Positions 12,769-25,183 of a stretch of 64,000 bases of DNA are shown here, one piece after another (the first letter of the stretch is position 1; every line of letters begins with the position of its first letter). Source of the DNA: Podarcis melisellensis (lineage: Eukaryota). The notes below the pieces were generated by a model, which saw only the letters and a list, made by a program, of their open reading frames with translations, made no database searches and had not been told where the DNA came from. The position numbers were made by a program, and so were the translations under genes. The DNA is taken from NCBI GenBank assembly GCA_964234715.1, contig OZ174284.1; one strand, written 5' to 3'.

Positions 12769-15346
12769 CTACACAGACAGATATAAAACACAGAGCATCA
12801 TCAGTGGAACAAAACACCCACCAGCAGGTTCTAGACCAAGGAGTTCCAAACTTTGTACATATACCAGCTGCTCCATGTTTGCCACAGACCCCTAGATTGT
12901 TACGAGCAATTCTGGGAAACATTCTAGTGTACACACTCTGCTCATATGAGGCACTGGTCAGAGGGTGCAATATTGCCGGCTGCAGGGTTCTGGATTGCCA
13001 GTGTGTCACCTACAGGGAAAGTACTGGGCAAGCAGACCCAAGCAGGATTGAAAAATGGGTGGCCAAGACTGCAAAGGTCCTAAGTGGGAAGAGAACCTAA
13101 CCGTGGGGGGAGAGGAGGACAGAAGAACTGTCCCCATGTTGCAGGTTGGTTTCTCATACTTGGTTATTGCCCCCATGGTGATGGCTGATACAGAAGTTTG
13201 TTTGTGGGAGTGGGAGTGACGTGGGTCCGGCTCAGGCAGCCGCTGCCAGCAATATACTGGTGGTGGCAACAGCAACAATAGCTGAGTAAGAGTAATAGAG
13301 TAAAGTGGTGTGGCATTGTTGGTGGTGGCGGTGGCAGCAGGGACGCCTGGGTCTAAACTGAGCTAAGACAAGTTGGGGGCATTGACATGGGAGTGGGAAG
13401 GTGGCAAACAGACCTGGCACATACACTAGTCGTCCACCAAGGGTGAAGTTCTGCTGACTACAGTGATCTGTACCTAGCAAGAAGCACGCTGGTGAAGAAG
13501 AACCCAGCAAGACTGAACCCTTTTGCATTCTGCAGTGCAGTTGGGGGAGCAAGAAAGAAGAAACAATTTCTCCTTCCCTGTCCAAGTTGCATAGGATCTA
13601 AAAGAACCAAAATATTAACCCAGCCTCCTGAATTGATTTGGGGCAGGAACTGGGGAGCATACACAGCCCTTGTAACAAATCACATTTTCCAGTTATATAT
13701 ATCAGGGTGGATTTTGTTTCTAAGAATTCCCATGCAACATTGGGTACTTTCCACTGTCAGAATTTAATTCACAACCCTAGCTCTCAACAGATTCAGTAAT
13801 ATGATGCAGATCTAAGGGCAGAACAGACAGACAGCTGGTGAATAAGGACCATGAATAAGGACTACAGTACTAGCCAATATGAGTTATTCCTTCTTCAGGC
13901 ATTATGACAGCATTACTTTTATATCTATTTAGATCACTGTGTACTTTTTGGACATTGTGTCACTAACGATTGTCATTCTTGTTCTGTATGTTTTTGAATT
14001 TAAGCATTTAAGTTGTGCTAAAAAAACCACAAGGCACATGGATTGTATTTCATAACACTAGTTCAAGTCACACGAAGTGCCAGCAAAAATGATTGTTGGG
14101 TGACTTCTGACACATCCTCAAGGAATGACTGACTCAGCTCTGAATAAGTTGGAAAATTGTCCTGCAACAGACTGAAGTAAAGAAGATTCTGGGAAATGAG
14201 TCTTTTACCTACAAATCTATGGGAAAGAATAAGGAGAAAGTCTCATTCTGCCACCGCCCACCCCCCTTGTCACAGAATATAGCCAATTAAAAGTACTGCT
14301 TGATACTAGCAAGCTGTTTCTTAACGTCCAAAGTAAATCAGCTTTTCAAAAAGCTAAGAAAACTCCAGAGCATGAGGCACAAAAGTAAAACATGGCTTCA
14401 CCTAAGGTGTCAGCTGCCTCACATATTGTACCCATGACGCGAGAGCCTTCTCTGTGAAGGTGTCTCAGCTGGCCTCCTGTCTTGCACTGGCCCTTCTTTC
14501 ATTAGCTTAAAATGATTTTATTTACTCTGGCATTTACAGTGGGGGCGGGGCAGTCATTTGAAAGATGTGTATTTTCTGTTGTTCTATAGACATTTAGCTG
14601 ATGGGTGGGATATAAATATTTCAATAAATAAATACATTCTTGTGAATCAAATGAAGAGTAGTGTTTTCTAAATGCACACACACTGTGTCCTTACAGAATA
14701 ATATATGGAGGCACTGTGGGCTTTGCTTGCAAAAACAGCAAAAATGAGAGCACCAACAGGAATGAGATCACACCTTCTCCCTAGGTAGGTTTGTGTTCCT
14801 AGGATTCTAAGTGTGTGGGAAGCGCCTGTCTTGATTTTTGAAATATGCTTTAGACTGCTGAGCAACTTTATGAATAATAAATATTGTTATTAAAAGCCAC
14901 TATTTGTACAAAAGCACAGTGTTCACAAATGATGCCTCAGTTTTGTACTCTGGAATTTTTTCCCCAAGTACCAAATATAACGTAGGCAGCACTCTCACAA
15001 ATTCAGTGGCTTCAGCTATCTCAATTAATTTCTTAAAACACATTCCCATTAATTTTTCACCAATTTTTGTTCTAAGCATATTCATGGCAGAATGTTTGGA
15101 ACTTGTTTTTATACAGAGATCCCAAACCAATTATTTGCCAGTCCTGTTTCAATGAGAGAAGCACTTCCACATGCATTTACGTTGCAAGGCAATCTATTAT
15201 AAAGCAACACAAATAAAAATTGAAAATAAGCTTACAAATATTTTGTGTATGGAACCAGGGGTTATGATCAAGTTTCTCTTTTAACATTTTACTCAGCTGG
15301 GTACATAAGCATTAGCTATGAAGAAAATAACAATGCCTTTTCTTAC

Positions 15347-15438
15347 TTCTTTTTCTTCTTCCTTGTGGTTTTCAGCTGGAGTAGGCAGAGCAGTCCTCTC
15401 ACACGGTGACTGATCAGGCAGACAAAGCTTGCAAGGGT
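15347..15438 (-). CDS. MICAL3: MICAL3 exon ((D)PCKLCLPDQSPCERTALPTPAENHKEEEKE), phase 1/0
   Basis: ttttccttcag|AC acceptor, GAA|gtaaga donor, 92 nt. It supplies the phase 1 to 0 change needed between its neighbours. The peptide is divergent. Confidence 0.8.
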
Positions 15439-15715
15439 CTGAAGGAAAACCAACAAAAAGGTCCATAACTATTTTAAACCAAATGAAGTGCATTGAGTTT
15501 ACTGCTGCCTCCTTGCTTATTTCCAGATAGTCAACTTGGTACTTAACTTGAACACTACCATTCCACCTGGTTAAACAAGACACTCACAGTACTATGATCG
15601 GTGCAGCCTGATGGGATGCATATTACTTGGCAGCAAGTACTATTAAAATGAGTGGAGATTACTCACAAATAGGTGTGCACAGAATTGTAGCTTTAGATAC
15701 TAAAATATTACACTG

Positions 15716-15770
15716 CTTGTAGAGGTTGTGGCTCATTACAGGTCTTGTAGAGGTGTGGCTCATTACAGGT
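15716..15770. repeat. Short tandem duplication (about 27-28 bp x2)
   Basis: cttgtagagg(t)tgtggctcattacaggt occurs twice. Confidence 0.9.
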
Positions 15771-16627
15771 CAAAAAGAAATATGTTTAGCAGTAAAGGGT
15801 AGTTGGACCAGACACAAGGTTAATCCTAGTCTATTCTGCTTCCCATAGTGGCCACTGAGATGCCTCTGAGAAGTGGACAAGAAGGATTCAGAGACTAATT
15901 GTAGCTTATAGTCATTGATAACCCTGTCTTCCATGCATTTGCCTAATTGCTTCAAAGCTACGTAAGCTAGTGGTCACCACTACATTTTGCATTAGCAAAT
16001 TCCATAAATTCTGGAAGGGCAGGATGGAAATTAAGCCAGAAGATGACAAGAGAAGCCTTCATTTCCAGGGAAGATAGTAACAAAACCCAAAGGCAAGACA
16101 GCAGAAGCAGCTTCCACAAGACTCATGCCAGTCTAAGATGGTTAGCTGTAAGTCGTGGAGGAGTCCTTCTATAGAGCCAAAAGGAAGCCACTGATGGAAA
16201 CTAGCACCACAGAGGTATCCCATACTAAGAAGACTTCCCAATGTGAACTGGCTCCAGCTAGTACCCCCTTATGAAGCCTGAATATCCTGAAGATCAGCTG
16301 CCATAAAAATGTCAGATGTCAAGTATTATTCCTTGGCCTTTTATTCTTTTTCTTTTAGGGCTTATGACAAATCAGGTTTTGAAAAGGCAGCCTAGACTTA
16401 AGCAAGACTATCATTCCCATAACCTGACACAACATTTTCCATGTGTACACCTTCATGGCAGCCACCTGCAAGCATTCCCTGAGTAGCAAATGTTCTTTGG
16501 CAACTTGGCCACAGATTTACTTAATGGTAATGAGAACCATGTATCGTGTTAGAAAATAACAGTTGCCTGCAGTGCAGACTGCTCAAAACTGCTTGGGGCT
16601 TCAGACTTGATGATTAAATTTTGGTAC

Positions 16628-16759
16628 CTTCTGTCTCAACAGAAGGGGCAGCTGTCTCTTCTTCTTCTGCTTCTTCTTTTTCAGAGACTTTCAGCTCCAG
16701 TTCTTCTGCCTCTTCTTGATGCAAGCGGCACTCTGCTTCTGCATCAGATGGGATGTCAT
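16628..16759 (-). CDS. MICAL3: MICAL3 exon ((D)DIPSDAEAECRLHQEEAEELELKVSEKEEAEEEETAAPSVETE), phase 1/1; acceptor position uncertain (16759, 16762 or 16777)
   Basis: Resembles the MICAL3 PSDA..ELELRVSE segment; donor GAAG|gtacc. No AG directly follows the polypyrimidine tract; an in-frame GAGCAG tandem acceptor lies 15-18 nt downstream. Confidence 0.85.
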
Positions 16760-17349
16760 CTGCTCCCCATTGTTTTTTGCAAGGAAAGGAGAAGAACAAA
16801 AACTAAAGGATCTGACATGCAAATCTAGAGTGTCTTTGTGGTAAGATTTCACCTTGCCAACCCAGAGTCAAGAGAGATGAGTGAAGGGAAATGGTGGCTG
16901 TGACAGTAAGATTTGAAGGCAATCAGATGGACGGAGGGTGGCTGGCTCACCTTCTGTATCTGATTCTCAAAATGGCCCCCCATTAAAACAATCTGCTGGC
17001 GAAGGACTTGGCACATTCTCTGAATAATTAACATATCCTTTATTACTTTTGTATACCCATTTAGCATATGGCTAGCTCTAGGTCAATATTGATAGCAATA
17101 GGTTCTCTCCACTCATATCAGAAGCTTTCTTGAGCACCGCTAATCCTCAAATGAATAAAAATTACAATTGTAATTACAACTGTCTCCCCACACATTCACA
17201 CGCTGCTAAAACAGCACATGCACTGAGCTCAAATGTTTTGGGGTTTGCTAAGTCTTGCACAAAATACCACCACTGCACCCGTTTGAGACATGACTTTGTA
17301 CTACAGAAACTATGTCTGTCGCCACACCAGGGAGTTCATGGTCCCATAC

Positions 17350-17442
17350 CATCATCCAACTCTGCACCTGTGTCCCCATCTTCAATAGCTTCTGCGGGCT
17401 CGGTGCCTGCCTCATCTTCATAGTCGTTCTCTTCACACAGGG
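17350..17442 (-). CDS. MICAL3: MICAL3 exon ((A)LCEENDYEDEAGTEPAEAIEDGDTGAELDD), phase 1/1
   Basis: ttctag|CC acceptor, GATG|gtatgg donor, 93 nt; GDTGAELDD motif. Confidence 0.92.
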
Positions 17443-19602
17443 CTAGAATAAATATGATACATAAAGAAATGGGGGTAGGGGAGAAAACAAATCCATGTAA
17501 GTTCAAGTTCTAAGGTGTACTGTGGTCTCTTCAGAAGTCCACTTTTGTGTGTGAAGATCTAAGCGACAGAAACAGTAATAGCATGTGATGCAGACTCTGC
17601 TGAACTATACCACTAGTTAAAAGTGAGGTGTGCTGTATGTTTGTATGCTGCCCCCATAAAACCACACTTTGCATATTAAACCTAGCATGTCAGAGAGAAA
17701 ACTATATAGAACTTTTTTTTAAAAAAAAACAACCCTAAACAAAACATGGAAGCATTCAAACCTTTTTGCATTTGAAATGGTAAAGCCAACCATGAGTTGC
17801 ACTACATTACACTACTGATTATGTAGCTCAGCTCACAGATACTTTTAATAGGTTCACTTTACACATTTTTTGCCCTGAAATTGCTTGGGTGACCTCTTAT
17901 ATCATATCTGAAAATCTATGACACCAGATTTGTTTTCTGTTGGGTGCATTTTGTCTTGCAAAGAAGTAGTTTCAAAGCACAGTTATATTTGGCATATGTT
18001 TACCAGACTTTGGCTTGTCTGCGCAACTATCCAAAGCAAGCACTGGTTGGGTAAGCTGGAATATAGCATCTCAGAGACAAAAAGAATTGGCGCTACGTGA
18101 TGCGACATTTTGGAACATCCTCTTTAAAAAATGATATTTTGTAATTGCCCAAGCTATCATGCAATTTCCCATGACTGCCCTGTTAACATTATCAAGATAT
18201 ATTTATTTTATTTATTTATTGAATTTATATACCGCCATGCCCGTAGGTCTAAGGGCGGTTCACAGAATAATCTCAGGCCGATTCATAGAATAAAAATAAA
18301 GACCTCAGAAGTCAGTGACATGTTTAATGGAGGTACAAATTGGGAACACACTGGTACAAACATATATTGGTGTGGTGGAGACACATACCTATTCACAGTT
18401 ATTGTACAAGTATGCATTTACACACACTAGGCAGTTAAAGATGAAGTGCAAAGGGATAAAAGCTGTCACACCAAAATTTGTGAGCTATGCACTACTGTAG
18501 CCAGAAACGAATGGAGCCAACATTTTGTCCAAGTTGGTCAGCAGCCACAACTGGGTAAGGCGGAATGCAGCCGTCCTGTAAGCTCTGCTGTCAGAAGCAA
18601 AAGGTTTTAGAAATGCACTAACTACATTCATGCAAAACTCAGGTGCCAAATCTCAAGTCATCACTTTTCTATTATGCAAAATTAAGTTTCTAGCTTGTAA
18701 AAACCTGGTTCTTCTTTCCTAAAATGCCCTCAGTGACAGGGGCTATTCTGAATAATAAGTGCAGGGAGGGAGTAGGGCATTTTCCAGATGTTTTAGACTG
18801 CAGCTTCCTTCAGTCCCAGACAGCATGCTAAATGGCCACAACATCTGGAGAGTGCCATGCTGGCTACCCCTGATCCAGAAGATGGTCTGGCAAGAACAGC
18901 TAACATATTCCACTTCTCTCTCAGATTTTAGGGTTACAACAAGCTTCAGTTTGTTAAAGCGTTTTCTCCTCTTTGAAATGATGCCAAATTCAGGGGGTGC
19001 CCAGGTCTCTCTCAGGAACAGAAGAACTTAGAAATTCACAACTAGGGGCTGCTGCAAACATGATGCTTCCAAGTCGCTGTGATATTTTCCAGCCAGGTGC
19101 CTGGGACTACACACTGCTCATGTCTGCCATATGCACATGGGCTATTGTAGCATAGTGGCTGTGAAGAAAATGTCTCTAATCCAAATGTCACCTCTGCTAT
19201 GAATTCAGAAGAAGCTACAAGGCAAGCTATCATCTCTTAAAATGAGCTGACATCTACAATGCGGGAATAATCTTAACCTATTTTACAGGATTAATGAGAA
19301 AAAGATTAATGATAGAAAAAGTGTGAAGTAACTTGAACCCTTTGCTGTATAATGCTATATAGTTCTATATAAATGGCCTTATTATTATTATTTGCATAAA
19401 ACAACCTTCAAAACATAGAGGGATCTGCATAGCTTCTTTGAAGTGCCATGTACAAGAAACGTTAGATTTAAATTCCTAATTTCCTACTGCACAAATGAAA
19501 AATCTGTTTCTTCCTCAACAACAGCTGCGGTTCCTTCATAATACACATGGACCTCTTTTTTGTTTGGCCTGCCTTGGGAGAGGTTAACGTGGAAGCCTAG
19601 TT

Positions 19603-19674
19603 CATGCAAGAATTAACCATCTCAGTGAGACATGCAGCCTCCTCCCTTCTCCTTCCTCCCCAACCCAGCATGCA
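19603..19674 (-). promoter_or_regulatory. RBFOX-type UGCAUG cluster downstream of the 63-nt exon
   Basis: catgca on + at 19603-19608, 19631-19636 and 19669-19674. Confidence 0.6.
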
Positions 19675-19813
19675 GTAGCACCAAAGGCATAGATAGCTCC
19701 ATGGTTAAAAAAGGGCCAGCAGCTGGAACACTAAAATTCCGGGCAGGTGGGAGCACCAGCAGTGGCGGGCAGGGTTACTTGTGAGCTGTAAAACAGAACA
19801 TCAGCAAAACTAC

Positions 19814-19876
19814 CTCCTGGGACTGCTTCCAGCCACGCCTGCACTGCCTCGTGGCGTATGGAGGGAAGGTCCGATG
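19814..19876 (-). CDS. MICAL3: MICAL3 63-nt cassette exon ((A)SDLPSIRHEAVQAWLEAVPG), phase 1/1
   Basis: U-rich tract with ttcag|CA acceptor, GGAG|gtagtt donor; a GC/CpG-rich stretch in an AT-rich intron; frame preserving; UGCAUG cluster downstream. Confidence 0.8.
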
Positions 19877-22800
19877 CTGAATTAAAATAAAATAAAATAA
19901 TAATAAATTTCAAAGCAACGAAACAAATACTTTGAAGGTGAAAACATCTGAAACGGAAACATCAAGGGAGGGAAACTTCAAGAAGAGCAGACAGACCAAG
20001 GAGACACCAAACACAGGGAAGACCAGACTCAAAAGTCGTCCCACCCCCTGCTCCGAAAGGCGGGGGGCGGGGGGAGAAAGATGAAGCATGAATCCTTGAA
20101 GCATGAGTAACTGCTGCAGTGGTTTGTGCTACCCACCTGCAAGGAAAGGTGGTGCAAAGATGTTCGTTTCTGGTAGCAGATGAATCCTTGTCCAAGCTCT
20201 GGATCAATCAAGCCTCACTTAAGACTACTGCTGGCCATTTCTTTTCATTCAAATCACAACAGTCCTGCAAAATGTATCCCTTTCCCTATCTGTATTATGT
20301 CACCGCATCCCTTTGGATGGTTGAACTGATTCTTCAATTCCCACACATTTAATGCATTAAAGTGTGTGAAGTGCTGTATCAGCTTTTCCCAAACTGGTGC
20401 CTTCAAATATTTTGGACCACAATTCCCACCAGCTCCATCACAGTGGCAAATGGCCAGTGTTTGTGGGACTTGTAGCTGAACACATCTAGAGGGTGCCAGG
20501 TGCAGTCAGGTAGTCAATGGCCTAAGTCCAGCACAGAGTTTGGCTTACTTAAACTCAAGGATTTAACTGGGTTTATGTATGCCTAACTGTTGGGTTTAGA
20601 ACAGTGTCCTCACACCAAAGGCTCTTCAGTTCTCTGTGTCTTCTGCTCATCTGTTACAGACTCATCTGATGCCTGCATTACCCAGAATGCTGTTCCCTAT
20701 TTCGTAAGAGCCCTTCAAAGTCATCAGGTTCTTACTTCTCACACCTGACAAAGCCTTTCCTGTAGAACTGTAGACAATACAAAGGAGTGACTTTATGTCT
20801 AATTTACCATCTTCTGTATGGTACTCCTTCAGCAAGCCCTAGTCTCTTTTCACCATTCTCTTGTATTTGTTATTTATGTGACAAGGAAGAGATACTAAAT
20901 TAATCTGTGGACAGTAAAAGCAGCTTACAGTTTATAAAAATCAAGATGGTGAATAGGATAAGAGGAAAGAAAACTCAGAAGATTCCAAGAAGGGCACACG
21001 GATTCAGATTCTAGGTCACCAGTGAAAGTTTATGTAACACCCTCATGTGGAATAAAGCAAAAACAAACATCTACTTCTGTTATAAAATTTCCTAGGTCCC
21101 GAGATTTACTGGCATTCCAAGTTCAAATTTTAATTTTGTTTTACTTTGAGAAATAAGTTCTCAGTGTTTGGGACTGGGCCTTCTCAGTTTTGGCCCTGTA
21201 ACTTTAGAACCAGGAAAGAACAAGTCCCTTGACCTAAAGAGGTTTGCTATTAAAAAAGTTTGATACTTCCTGAGACAGACAGATCGAATATGCAGTTGGA
21301 TAATGAAAGGCATGGCTGAAGACTAACAGCACCTATGTGAGGCTTCCAAAACACAGGAGAATTCTGGCTGGGAAAATTATGCAGCCAGAGGTTGAAGGAT
21401 AGGCATTTCCTGACATTTGAAATGTGTAAAGAGTGAAAAGATAACATTTCTCTTGCAAAGACTGTCCACATGACCTACTCTACTTAGAATTTATTTTCAA
21501 TATTAATCAAACACAGAACATCTATTAAAAGTTAGTTCTATATTAGAGGGAAGACGAGACACTGCAAATCATTTGGAAAATATAACCAAAACTGAACCGA
21601 AACGGACTACAGATCCTGACAGCTTTGTAGCAGCAACATACTGCTCTCTGAATACTAGGCACATGATGAATCCCTGCAGCTGAAGAATTACCTAGAGAGA
21701 AGTCTGGAACCCACTGCAAGAGGAAAGTAACAAGCTGCACAGTTATTGTGCAAAGCAAATACTTTATGGGAAGTACCTTAGCAACACAGACCTGGAATGA
21801 CATAACAAACATCAGCTCCAGGCAATGGCAAAGGCAGGCATTTCCTGGGAGCTCTGAGCATAGGAAAGGGCCCACTATCTCAACAGCAACAGGAAGCCAG
21901 AGTCAATGAAAAAGAATTTTCAAGTTTCCATGCCCTGCTTTTTTCTGGTTAACGAGGCCCACAGAGAATGCTTTGTATGGATTTCCCCGCAAATCCTGCA
22001 TAGAAGAAGGAGCATCGAGCAACACCACTTTAGCTACAGGCAAGATACTTAAAAGCATTCAGTTTCAGCTTTTAAAAGAATTATCCAAGGAAGAAGAATC
22101 CAGAACTGTCATAGGCAATATTTGTCTTATACTTAGGACATTTCCCCTAACGTTTAAGAAAGAGCAACCTTCTTAAAACTTAATTATTTAGCACTGCATT
22201 CTCTATTCTTCTTCAAACTTTTGTCAGTCATGCAGTAGATATAAATATATTTAAATAAATGCAAAAGTAAAACTTTCCTCTTCACAATGAATATACTCAA
22301 CTCTTTCAGATTCTCCAGACATAATTTGGCTTCTAGGCCATTCATCGTTTTTGTTACTCTATTCTGGATCCCAAATTCCAACTGAGGTCTCCACAGTACT
22401 GAGGTTTTTTTAAAAAATGGATTGGCCTTTCTATTTAACTTTCTACAACTCTCTGCTCCTGATATTTAGGGACTTACTTGCTTTCACATTTCTATCTTGC
22501 ATTAGCCGTCACCACAAGCTCTCACTAGTATAGAACTGCTTCTATCTCCTTTAGGAAGCCCAGGACACGTAAAGGCCTGCTCAAAGGACTGCCTTCCACT
22601 ATACCCCACATAGGCATACTAACAGACATCAATCATTGCAATCCTGTTCTCATACTTTTTCACCATTCCATGGCATATTTCCAGGCTCGTTAAAAGCCAC
22701 TTCCTAAGCCTAGGTGCCAAAACTTCCTTGAACAAGCTTCTCAGAGAGAGGACCATCTGTGGCTATGATATCCTTGTTAAGCACAGGGGAAAGTAAGACA

Positions 22801-23500
22801 CAGCAGGAAGTGCCATGAGCCTCTCTTCCACTCAGCCTCAGCAAGGGTGGGATCACCCTTGTTATCTTCCATCCACTTTAAGATTAAGAAACTTCTCATA
22901 TTGAAGCTGGTTGAAAGAGGAAACCAAGACAATTCCTGCTCTCATATCCTCCTCTGTACCTGGAGCCTAGTAGGGCACTTAGCACCTAGTAGGGTTACTC
23001 TTCTCCTTCCTACTTAATGTTAAGCAAAACCGTATTAGATACCAGCTGTATTGTCACAAAAGGAGCTGCCAAATTTAATCCGGAGAACATTGTACTATCT
23101 TAAGAAAATTGGCACTTCCTGCTTTCAGACAAAATTTGGGATCCACACAGGTCTAAGTTGTGGACACAAAGAATAACAATTTGTTTTCAGAGTTAAATAA
23201 AATTCCGCTAAGACTTCCTGCTAAATCATGCCAAGGGTCTATCAAGTCCTGTATTCAGATCTTTCTCCTGCTACAATTAGATCCTTATACGTAGGAGAGC
23301 ATCAGAACGTAAATGTAACCAGGGATGGAAGCCTGGAAGATTCCCTTTTGATGCAACAACAAACGGAGACCAACCTGAAATGAGCATTGGTAAAAGTGGC
23401 ATTCGAGAGTGACATTTGAGAGTTGGCCTTTCTGGAGATACAATCAATAGGGAACAAATGTCCTTGTGATGTAAGGGGTCAACGCAGCAGACACGTTTAC

Positions 23501-23638
23501 CTCTGGAGGTGGAGGACTTAGAAGTAGGGCCCAGTTTTTCCTCCTCCTCTTTCTGACGGATGTGTGTCCAATGCACATCTGCCAAGATCTCCAGTGGATC
23601 AATCGGATTTACTATCTGCTGCAGCCTCAGGTTTCCAG
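23501..23638 (-). CDS. MICAL3: MICAL3 exon ((A)GNLRLQQIVNPIDPLEILADVHWTHIRQKEEEEKLGPTSKSSTSR), phase 1/1
   Basis: gctag|CT acceptor, AGAG|gtaaac donor, 138 nt; DPLEI.ADVHWTHIR motif. Confidence 0.95.
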
Positions 23639-25093
23639 CTAGCAGACAAGAGGCCAATGGTGGATCATGTTGATGGAGTGGCAAGGGATAAAAGGGAGGA
23701 AAAAGAGAGGGAAGGGAAAGGAGCACACACAATAGGAAAGAAATGCAGGGAAAGGGAGGGAAAAATGAAAGAAGTTACTTGCTGAGATCAGCTGGCAAAA
23801 GAAGACAGGTAAAATTCAGCATCATGCATGCATATGCTCCCCTCCAGACTCACTCGCCCTCTCCCACACATGCGCAGACAGGATTGCAGTTTGGAAATTC
23901 CACTCCATGCCAAAAATGGTTCAATGGTGCATATTATTACTCAAGAATTCACCATCTCCAAGTTTTCCTTTTAAGTATTATTACAGGGAAAAGTCACATT
24001 CTGCTAGTAACTGGATATCCATGTGCACAGAAAAAGTACACAAACCTGTACTTTTTAGCATTCTTTGCTTAATACTAAGAAAACCCAGGAAGATGACATT
24101 ACAGAATGGTTTATATATAAAAAGTGACTTCTGTGTTCCCTTTCTTTTCTAGACAAAAGCATTTCAAAAAGTAACATGACTGTCCTATTTTTAATTAATA
24201 CCTTTCTAATTTGACACAAATTGAGTTATAAAACTGAACTGTGGAAGGAAAAATGCCATTCAGAAGTGAGTGATGAATCCTGGTGGCCACATGGCATCTC
24301 GTGCTGTCAAGTCCCCTTGATGCAAGTCCTTGGGTAAGTAGAGTTAGTGTTTATACCACATCACACAGCATTAGGAGTTAGAAGGGTGAGTTTCAACCAG
24401 CAAGAATTGAGAGTAGAAGGGAAATTTATAGAAACCTAGCAAGGCTTCCAAAGAGCAGGCCTCACCCTATCATCCCAAACCGTACCTTCTTATTCTGAAT
24501 GCATTTCACCATTTCCAATTTCACTTGGCCAGTTAAGAGACCTTAAAATGAACATTTCTCCGATGGGAATTTGTGTGTGTGTGATACAGATGCTTATCTG
24601 AGGGCAGCTAATTGGCCTTGTTAACAGTCATTACTCCTGTGTCCTTTATCTGATTTGTACAATAATAACTGAAACTGCATATAAAGCAGTGAAGCTTTTG
24701 TTTCAGTGTATCATGTATTCTGCAAAAAAGGAACCAAAGGAATATGGTTCATGAGATAAAGTAGGCATTTCAGCACCCTTTCCAGGCTTGACCTCTCTTT
24801 CCAGAGACTCAAAGCAGAAATAGGAACAGAAGATGGGCAGAGGCATCCTCTCTTTGATCACAGAAGTCTTTAATCAGACACACAGATGTTGTATTTAATG
24901 CAAGAAAGCAAACAAACAGAATATGAGCTGTAAATTTACAGGTTTTGTTCGCTCCTTATCTGGAAGCTAACAGTAATTCTCAATTACAACCAATTTGGTG
25001 AAACAACTTAAAAAAAATATGTTGCTTCATGTGAAGCCTGCTCTTTGTAAAATGCCCCCCTCTTTAGGGGAGGTGATGACAATGTGAGGGTAC

Positions 25094-25183
25094 CTTTAAA
25101 TGTACCCGTGTCCTCTTCATTTGAGAGACGTTGAAGCCAGAGGCCTTGCTGAAGTTCTCTCTCCCAAGGGTAATACTCTCCCT
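25094..25183 (-). CDS. MICAL3: MICAL3 90-nt cassette exon ((E)GEYYPWERELQQGLWLQRLSNEEDTGTFK), phase 1/1
   Basis: ctgtag|AG acceptor, AAAG|gtaccc donor; frame preserving; lies within ORF 25008..25202. Confidence 0.8.

Noticed and set aside
11054-12895. Plus-strand ORFs of 61-153 aa opposite the large exon
   Set aside because: Antisense shadows of coding sequence; no independent homology or splice structure.
12780-13560. GC-richer block with acceptor-like sites (about 13010, 13530) upstream of the large exon
   Set aside because: No frame joins the large exon without a stop and no convincing donor was found; not recognisably MICAL-like.
14400-14506. Possible extra exon (ttttaag|CTAATG...)
   Set aside because: The available donors give a frameshift or include a stop, and the exon chain is already phase-complete without it.
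19930-19948. Possible 17-nt microexon (ttcag|ATGTTTTCACCTTCAAA|gtattt)
   Set aside because: Weak donor, and it would shift the frame between phase-1 neighbours.
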